From: Candidatus Zixiibacteriota bacterium | GTDB lineage: Bacteria; Zixibacteria; MSB-5A5; UBA10806; 4484-95 | Direction: 5' to 3' | DNA: 64,000 nucleotides | Assembly (NCBI GenBank): GCA_024231855.1 | Contig: JAAEQD010000016.1 | Location: 9,306 to 73,305, forward strand | Part shown: one piece after another, positions 1 to 7,264 of the stretch | How the letters are laid out: the number at the start of each line of letters is the position of its first letter | Numbering within the stretch: position 1 is the stretch's first letter | Program-made: the position numbers and the translations under genes | The notes under the pieces: generated by a model | What the model saw: the letters and a program-made list of their open reading frames with translations, nothing else | Database searches by the model: none | Told to the model about the DNA's origin: nothing

Positions 1-2099
1 CCGCTTGAATTGCCGCTATTGTCATCATCGATTAACGTACCGAAAGGGCTTACCATAATCGCCTGAGATCCAACGGTGCATATACCCTGATGAGGAATGT
101 AATTTCTGTGGCTAACCGTGACATGCATATCATCGGCGGTAGTTGTGGAAATTTCAAAAGTGATATTACCCGATTCGTCGGTCCAACCGCCGGTGAAAAC
201 TTCCTCCCCTATACCTCCATCCTTAACCAGACACACATAGGCGTTGCTTAAAGGGGAGTAATCATCGCCATCCACTTGAACATCCAGGAAATTCGTGCCC
301 ACGGGGATGGAGCTGTTATAGGTAACCGTCATGTCCTTTGGAATGTCGGTTCTAATCGAAAGCTCCGGGTCACCCAGGCAGTTATAAATATGATAATACC
401 AGGTCCAGCCATGATCGCCTGGAACATGCGGAAAAGATCTGCGGCCGTTTAGTTTGCCGGCGATTAAGACCGCGCCCAGATGATAAGTATCGTGCTCGAT
501 TAAAGCCGACGTTAAACCCATCAGGATCGTATTATTCCAGGCCGTATGGGTCCAGTAATCCGTCGGCCCAAACGCGCCGACGCCGCCCTTCGGATATGTT
601 TCGCTCCCGGCTCTAATCCAGCATTCATTGAAGCATTCGGTACTGCCAAAGTTACCGGTACCGCAAACGATCGATGCCATTATGCCGATTTTCCAGCCGT
701 TACTGAGACTGCCGATATTGTCTGTATGCCACGAGGGGTAGCTCCAACCCGAAGATCCGCCCCATCCCCGATAGGTAGTGAGCGAAACTCCATCACTGAT
801 TAGGGAAGTTATTCTATTGGTATAATAAGAATCGGAAGTATTGGAAATGACCGTATCCACGGTTACGTAACCATGGTCGAGCAACGTTTGCCTGACCCAG
901 GTTGCCATGAAGCGAGGCGAGGTAGATCCATATGGACCCGCGACCGCCAAACCTCTTTTCCAGTAATCAGGTTCTCCCATGTATGGAGATTTCTCATAGC
1001 TGAGAGTTTTCGCCATAATGGTGTTCAGATGGTTTATATCCCTGACCGACATTCGGCCGACAATTACATCAGGTTCATCATCGCTACCTTCAAGCATTGA
1101 ATAGTTATGATCGGAGACATCACCGGCATAAGTATTTGTTGCCACCTTATAGCTGGAGCCATCCTCATCGCCAATAAGCGTTACATATTCGATCTTGGGA
1201 TCAGAAGTATCATAAGCGTTCTGAATGGCATTTTTGACATAAACAGAAGTGTTACTGCTAAGATCGCTGGTAGAAATAATCCGAACATCATAGCCTTTTC
1301 GATGTTTCCATTCGGCCAGTTCTTTGGCCTTCGTGGTGCAAGCGTATGCCGATACGATCAGGTAACCGCCGCGCTGCGGCTCATAATCAAGCAATACATC
1401 TTCGGCGTTGGCCAGATACTCCGTGTATAATGGCAAAAACGCTTCGGATATGTAATTATTTGTCCGGGTCTTGATATTTCGGTTATCGAATCCATCGTAC
1501 ACAAGCTCGTAATTGATATCCGAATATACCCGCAATTCTTTCGTCGCGGGATTATACTGGAAGGGGTGCACGATAGATTGCACCACGCGGAAATCCTTGA
1601 ATATCGATGGCTCGCTTACTTCGACTATATTAGCGGGATAGAATTCATTTCGCGAATAAGCATCCGAGTTTTTAGTGAAGGGGATCGGATCATCTTTGCC
1701 TTCGACTTCCATCGGTTGAGTAGGCATGACCTCAACATCGAAGATTGTCTCATAATCAGCGGAAATAATATTAATCCTTACACCGGCTTGGTCCGGGATT
1801 ATAACGAAATCTGAGTATAATGGCAAATCCGGCATGCCCTCTTCGCCGATTCGGCCGAATACTGCGGGATTGGCCGCCAACGGTTCGGGCTTGATGTAAC
1901 CTGCCCGATCGATTTGGGCTTCGGCTAAATTTACTCCCCCCAATTGAAAATTGATAGCAGTCGAATAATTGCTTGAGTAAAGAACCGTGGAATTTTTCAA
2001 GTCATCGTAATTGGACTTGTAAATTGTTTGATTACTCTCGTTTGCCAGCAAAGCGCCGGCTGCCAGGAAAACCAGCGTGAGTACCGAAATTTTGCGCAT
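1..2099 (-). CDS. Peptidase C25 (gingipain-like) family protein, 5' part only (about 699 codons); the C-terminus lies beyond the window start
   Basis: Absent from the ORF track because it runs off the edge. Manual reverse translation from the ATG at 2099 (MRKISVLTLVFLAAGALLA, signal-peptide-like) stays open to position 1. It parallels the 2383..7248 protein block by block (DYWKRGLAVAG, TYRGWGGSSGW, GWKIGIMASIVCGTGNFGS, YNCLGDPEL). Confidence 0.85.
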   Translation of the reverse strand, partial: MRKISVLTLVFLAAGALLANESNQTIYKSNYDDLKNSTVLYSSNYSTAINFQLGGVNLAEAQIDRAGYIKPEPLAANPAVFGRIGEEGMPDLPLYSDFVIIPDQAGVRINIISADYETIFDVEVMPTQPMEVEGKDDPIPFTKNSDAYSRNEFYPANIVEVSEPSIFKDFRVVQSIVHPFQYNPATKELRVYSDINYELVYDGFDNRNIKTRTNNYISEAFLPLYTEYLANAEDVLLDYEPQRGGYLIVSAYACTTKAKELAEWKHRKGYDVRIISTSDLSSNTSVYVKNAIQNAYDTSDPKIEYVTLIGDEDGSSYKVATNTYAGDVSDHNYSMLEGSDDEPDVIVGRMSVRDINHLNTIMAKTLSYEKSPYMGEPDYWKRGLAVAGPYGSTSPRFMATWVRQTLLDHGYVTVDTVISNTSDSYYTNRITSLISDGVSLTTYRGWGGSSGWSYPSWHTDNIGSLSNGWKIGIMASIVCGTGNFGSTECFNECWIRAGSETYPKGGVGAFGPTDYWTHTAWNNTILMGLTSALIEHDTYHLGAVLIAGKLNGRRSFPHVPGDHGWTWYYHIYNCLGDPELSIRTDIPKDMTVTYNSSIPVGTNFLDVQVDGDDYSPLSNAYVCLVKDGGIGEEVFTGGWTDESGNITFEISTTTADDMHVTVSHRNYIPHQGICTVGSQAIMVSPFGTLIDDDNSGNSS

Positions 2100-2382
2100 G
2101 AGCACTCCTCGTTTAGGTTATCAACTTCTTTCTTAACCAAAGGCAGGGTAATAGGGTCGCCTTCAAACTATAATAATTATGCTTAGATCTATCGGGTTTT
2201 GCCGATAGATAAGCATTGAAGTTTGTTTCAAGGAATATCGTACTCGCGCCATTTCCAATATGGCGCGAAGCAGAAAATAAGAAAGTACTGCAATATTGAA
2301 GTGTTACTTCATGCAATTACGATTTAGATCCGGAAACCTCCTTTATCGAATAAAATAATTTCGTTTTTCCGCGTTCCATAAC

Positions 2383-5300
2383 CTATCTATGATTCTCGCT
2401 TTTCGCTTCAGGTATCGTCCTTATTGCAGCGCCGGTTTGAACCGCGGGCGGCGGAGGAGTTTGAGGACACCAACCCGGTTCAGGCCTGTTATCTCTGAAG
2501 TATTCAATCAAATACGTGATATCAGAACCCAGGAAACGGCAATTACCGGTAACATCGCCGGCGGCGTATAACCATGCGTTCGTGGAATTATTCCAACAGC
2601 TGTCCGGTGGCGCCTGGCCATAGCCATGGAAATACGTTACAGCATAAGTAATATCAGCAATTGATAATTCGCCGTCATTGTTTATGTCACCGGGGACGTA
2701 ATCGCAATCGGGTGCGATAAATACATTGAAATGTACCGGAATCTCCACCGATGGATAATCGAGATCGTTCGTTGCCATGAAAAGTATGCCTTCGTACTGA
2801 TTTACTTCGAGCCCGGTAGCGTCACAGATAATCGCGACAGTATCGGTGGAGTTTGATTCGACCGTGTTAGCCGATGGTATTACAGATAGCCACCTGGGGA
2901 AGGCGCTTAATTTGATCGCCAGCCCCGGTTCGATATAAGCCGCATTGTAGCAAACTTGCAGGCCGTCATTACCGGCGGCATTCTCGATCCCGATAGTCGC
3001 CTGGTTGACATCCGGACCTTCAGCTCGAGCATACTGGTAGATAATTTTCCCGGACCTTAATAATATTATCTGAAATGTGAATGCTCCATCCTCGAGGTAA
3101 TGGGGAACATCGATATAGGAAATAACACAGCTATCGGCATTGTTGCTGTAATAATATGCTTCTCCGCCCGAATTGAAATTGAGATCATCCCAATAAACTG
3201 CCAGCATATTGTTAGGCTCGGCGACATCGGGGATCGGCTGATTGGAGTATGGATAAACCGTACTCGTAAAGGAGACAAATCCGTTTGAAGCGGCTCTGAA
3301 AGAATTGAAGGAATCGCCATAGAAATTAAAATCGAAACCGATCTGGAACGGTCCCTGGCTGGACTCATCGCCCATTCCCGTAATCTCGGTACCGATTGAG
3401 GTAATATCTATCCAATTGTAAACCGGGCCGCCGGGTTCGTTTGAATCGATCCAGGTGTAACCGAAATTGTCAGGGCCGCCCGAATCGAGAATTACCGGCG
3501 GATAATAAGGACCGCTGAATCCTTCTGATTTATCCTCACTGGCCGTACGCGGATATGATCTCGCGTTATTGGTACGTATCGTGGATGTAACATCCGGGGC
3601 CTGGTCAGAATTGCTTCCAAGCAGAGTTTCGATAACTTCCGCCGTGATATTATAAAACAACAAGCCTTCACCGCTGTTTTCGATTATCAATTGGCCTTCG
3701 ACCAAATCATTAGGCTCACACGCCAAATCGAATTCATCCGGACTATATGACATATCCGGCGGGGCCGATAGGCCGGTCGCGGTCGTGATTTTTATCGCCA
3801 AACCCGTTTCGAGAACAGCCGCGCCGGGATGATAGCTGTTGTCGAACTCGTATTGAAGGCCGTCGTTCTGATCCCAATTCTCGAAACCTACCGATGAGTA
3901 CGCGGCCGGGCCGGTATAATCATCGCTGTAATCATCATTATTTACGGTGTGATACTGAAAAACGATCTCGGCATCGCCGGTCGGCGTGGGATGCATAACT
4001 GTATTATAAATAATCATTTCGATCGTCTGAGCTGAATTCGTTCGGGCGTGAACGTTTCCGCTCCATTCGATTATGAACTGGCCATTGCCTTCATTGTGAT
4101 AAGTATAAATGCCGTTATTAGAGCCGGTCGATTTTAGATCATCCCAGAACGGGGATATCTGCGCCCGGGCGTTGCCGGGATCCGGTATTGGCCAGTTATC
4201 CCAGTTGTGCCAGTAATTTCCGCCAACGTCGTAAGGAATCGTATCGAATGCTACGAAACCGTTTGTGGATACTATCATGTGGTCATAATAAACACCGTAA
4301 TACTGAACGGCAAACGGCAATGAAATTTTCTCCGAGGAGTCGTCATTGTGGCGCATCGTCAACCTGGTACCTGGACCGCCCTGACTGGGATTGATTTCAA
4401 GCCAGCTATAATGAGGGGCGTGGGCGTAACCCATATCAGTATTATCATACATATAATAACCGTAGTTATCAGGTCCAACTGGATCGAATGTACTGACCGC
4501 GCCGATAACTAACGAGAATGTTTTATCGAATAGCACATCATCTATATCAGCCATATCAGCGATGAAACTGGCGGTGAAATTTATATTCCTGCCGTTGAAA
4601 GCCTCGTGGCTGACACTTACCTGGAAAGGATTGGCGCTATTATCGCCGGTTTGGCCAACATCGATATCGCCGAATCCGCCGGTAGCATCGACAATCGTGA
4701 TATACTCATCCTCGCAGCTTAATTGCGCCGTTATCTGCTGTCCATCGAGTTCGCCGGCGTTTTCGAACGAAATAACAAGGTCGGATGTTTCGCCGGGATC
4801 GAGACGATTGTTGGGATTGCCGGGATAGCTATCGTCAACTGAAACAGGTTTGATCGATTTAATTTCCAGCACAACTTGGGCCGACCAGTCGCCCTCGTTT
4901 GAGGTGATCGAGATGTCGATAGGTACTCGGTCGCCGTGGGGGATATCGTTGTCAAGTTCTATGACGAACTCATTGTCAGGCATCGCGCTGCCGCCGATAT
5001 TTATATTAGGGTAGCTTTGATTTCCGGACACGATACTGACTCGCGAATCCGCTGACGATATAGTCCCATTCACGCCGGTTGCATTAACAGCGTTACCGAA
5101 ATTATGAAGTTGGATTGCCAGTTCCAGAGTTTCCGCCGGATTAGGGAAGCCATCGCTGTTGCCTGATGATCCTCCATTGTCATCGTCATCTGTAACCAGG
5201 CTGTCCGCGCCAAGCGCGACGCTTTGCGCTACTGATTGGCATTGTCCGATATGCGGAATATAATCTCGTGCTGTAACGGTTACGAATATTGTACCGTCAA

Positions 5301-7248
5301 CCGTATTACTGAAATTAAGCGTAACATTACCCGCGGCATCCGTATGCCCGCCGACAAAAATCTCTTCGTTATCACCATAGCCTTTAACCAGGTTAACATA
5401 AGCGCCTTCGAGAGGCTCCGATCCGCTGGTTACATTAACCGTAAGGAAATTCGTGCCGACAGGAATTTCGGAATTATAATCAGCAACCAGTACTAGCGGA
5501 ATCTCTGTCCTTACCGCTAATTCCGGATCGCCCAGGGAATTATAGGTGTTAAAATATTTATTCACCCAGCCGCCGGATCCGGTATAGCGAGGGAAGCATT
5601 TAAATATATTAAACTTACCCATAAACATACACTGTGAAAAATTGTAAATATTCTGCTCGAATAAAGCCCAGAAGAAACCTACCTTGTTAGGATTGTTCCA
5701 GGCGGTGTGAGTTCCGCCATCCGTGCAGCCATAGAAGCAGGGTCCGCCTTTCGGAAAAGTAGGCGAACCGTAGCGAATCCAGGCTTCACCAAAACATAAG
5801 TTTGACCCAAAATTACCGGTACCGCAAACGATGGAAGCCATTATGCCGGTCTTCCAGCCATTTGTTAACTGCCCGATATCGGTAGTTGAATAACCGGGAT
5901 TATACCAACCGCTCGAACCCGCCCAGCCGCGATATGATACAAATGAAACGCCCGCGTTAATAGCCGCGCTTATAGTACTATGATTCGGCGCTCCGCTACC
6001 CCAATCGAAAACCGAATCGACCTGAGTATAACCATGATCTATGGCCAGGTCACGCACCCAGAGAACTGTGATCCTGGGCGAAGTGGCGCTGATATTACCG
6101 GCAACTGACAAGCCGCGTTTCCAGTATCCGGGATCGGTTAAGTCCGGAGATTGTTCGTACCGCAGCACTTTATGCATGGCTGTCCGAAGCTCGGTCATAT
6201 TATCTATCGACATTCGGGCTATGAATAAATCGGAGATATAATCATTTCCATCAACAGTAGAATATTGATGATCCGAAGCATAGCCGCTATATTCATAATC
6301 AGGAATTTGCTGATCTTCATCTCCGACGATCATCACGTAATCGGGCGGAATTTCCCAATTCTCATAAGCATCTTCGATATAATTGCGAACCTGCAAATAG
6401 GAGGGCGTTCCTGATGGAGCAATCTCGGTTGAACGCGTGACTACCGTATTATAACCCTTAAGATGTTTCCATCTGGCCAATGTTTCAATCGTATCGGCGA
6501 AGTTATAATTACTGGGAGTGATAATAAGGTAGCCACCCCGAATCGGTTCGTAATCGGTTAGGATTTCCTCGGCATTGTCAAAGACATTCCTGTATATCTC
6601 AACGAATGATTCGGAAATATAATTATTGCGCCTGACCTTGATATTACGATCATCCGTCCCTTCATAAGCGAGTTCGAAATTAATATGCGTGTAAACTCGA
6701 AGCTGCCTGGTAGCCGGATTGTACTGGACAGGATTAATCGATGTTTGAACAAATCGAAAATCTCTCATTATCATCGGTTCGCTAATAGAAACCAATTCCC
6801 GGGGGTATAAGGCGTCGCGCGCGTAAAACGCTTCATCCTTGGTGAATGGAATATCCAGTTCGCCCGATTCCAATTGCCAGGGTTGGGCCGGGGCGATTTC
6901 GATATTCTCATAAGTCTCATATTCGGATGACAATATGTTTATTTGTACGCCGGCTTCATCGGGTATGATTACCATCGATGAATAAACCGGTAAATCCGGC
7001 AAACCTTCCTCACCGGTGAAACCGAATTCGTTAAGCTCTTCCAGTAAGGGCAAGACCTTAACATAGTCTTTGCCGTTTAGTGTAGTGGTTTCAGTCGTTA
7101 AACCGCTTAATGAAAAATCAAGGGATGTCTTTGCCGCGTCTGATCGCGTTACTTCAGCGGCTGTTTGAGCCCTATCATCATACATCAAATTAGTGCCGCC
7201 AAAGCACAAAGCCGGAATTAAAAACACAAGTACAATAATTGCTTTCAT
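2383..7248 (-). CDS. Large secreted multidomain C25 (gingipain-like) family protein, 1621 aa, with C-terminal dockerin-like module
   Basis: ORF track. Signal peptide MKAIIVLVFLIPALCFG. C25-type core blocks (YWKRGLSVAG, SYRGWAGSSGW, IMASIVCGTGNFGS, NSLGDPEL). Two copies of a ~190-aa module, each ending GLAIK(I/L). C-terminal duplicated EF-hand-like segments GDINNDGELSIADITYAVTYF and GDVTGNCRFLGSDITYLIEYFRD. Confidence 0.85.
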   Translation of the reverse strand: MKAIIVLVFLIPALCFGGTNLMYDDRAQTAAEVTRSDAAKTSLDFSLSGLTTETTTLNGKDYVKVLPLLEELNEFGFTGEEGLPDLPVYSSMVIIPDEAGVQINILSSEYETYENIEIAPAQPWQLESGELDIPFTKDEAFYARDALYPRELVSISEPMIMRDFRFVQTSINPVQYNPATRQLRVYTHINFELAYEGTDDRNIKVRRNNYISESFVEIYRNVFDNAEEILTDYEPIRGGYLIITPSNYNFADTIETLARWKHLKGYNTVVTRSTEIAPSGTPSYLQVRNYIEDAYENWEIPPDYVMIVGDEDQQIPDYEYSGYASDHQYSTVDGNDYISDLFIARMSIDNMTELRTAMHKVLRYEQSPDLTDPGYWKRGLSVAGNISATSPRITVLWVRDLAIDHGYTQVDSVFDWGSGAPNHSTISAAINAGVSFVSYRGWAGSSGWYNPGYSTTDIGQLTNGWKTGIMASIVCGTGNFGSNLCFGEAWIRYGSPTFPKGGPCFYGCTDGGTHTAWNNPNKVGFFWALFEQNIYNFSQCMFMGKFNIFKCFPRYTGSGGWVNKYFNTYNSLGDPELAVRTEIPLVLVADYNSEIPVGTNFLTVNVTSGSEPLEGAYVNLVKGYGDNEEIFVGGHTDAAGNVTLNFSNTVDGTIFVTVTARDYIPHIGQCQSVAQSVALGADSLVTDDDDNGGSSGNSDGFPNPAETLELAIQLHNFGNAVNATGVNGTISSADSRVSIVSGNQSYPNINIGGSAMPDNEFVIELDNDIPHGDRVPIDISITSNEGDWSAQVVLEIKSIKPVSVDDSYPGNPNNRLDPGETSDLVISFENAGELDGQQITAQLSCEDEYITIVDATGGFGDIDVGQTGDNSANPFQVSVSHEAFNGRNINFTASFIADMADIDDVLFDKTFSLVIGAVSTFDPVGPDNYGYYMYDNTDMGYAHAPHYSWLEINPSQGGPGTRLTMRHNDDSSEKISLPFAVQYYGVYYDHMIVSTNGFVAFDTIPYDVGGNYWHNWDNWPIPDPGNARAQISPFWDDLKSTGSNNGIYTYHNEGNGQFIIEWSGNVHARTNSAQTIEMIIYNTVMHPTPTGDAEIVFQYHTVNNDDYSDDYTGPAAYSSVGFENWDQNDGLQYEFDNSYHPGAAVLETGLAIKITTATGLSAPPDMSYSPDEFDLACEPNDLVEGQLIIENSGEGLLFYNITAEVIETLLGSNSDQAPDVTSTIRTNNARSYPRTASEDKSEGFSGPYYPPVILDSGGPDNFGYTWIDSNEPGGPVYNWIDITSIGTEITGMGDESSQGPFQIGFDFNFYGDSFNSFRAASNGFVSFTSTVYPYSNQPIPDVAEPNNMLAVYWDDLNFNSGGEAYYYSNNADSCVISYIDVPHYLEDGAFTFQIILLRSGKIIYQYARAEGPDVNQATIGIENAAGNDGLQVCYNAAYIEPGLAIKLSAFPRWLSVIPSANTVESNSTDTVAIICDATGLEVNQYEGILFMATNDLDYPSVEIPVHFNVFIAPDCDYVPGDINNDGELSIADITYAVTYFHGYGQAPPDSCWNNSTNAWLYAAGDVTGNCRFLGSDITYLIEYFRDNRPEPGWCPQTPPPPAVQTGAAIRTIPEAKSENHR

Positions 7249-7264
7249 TAATATTCTCCTTACA

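Noticed and set aside
546-1814. Plus-strand ORFs 546..803, 873..1100, 1107..1430 and 1566..1814
   Set aside because: They lie antisense to a continuous minus-strand reading frame (1..2099) that is clearly homologous to the neighbouring C25 protein. Their sequences look non-protein-like.
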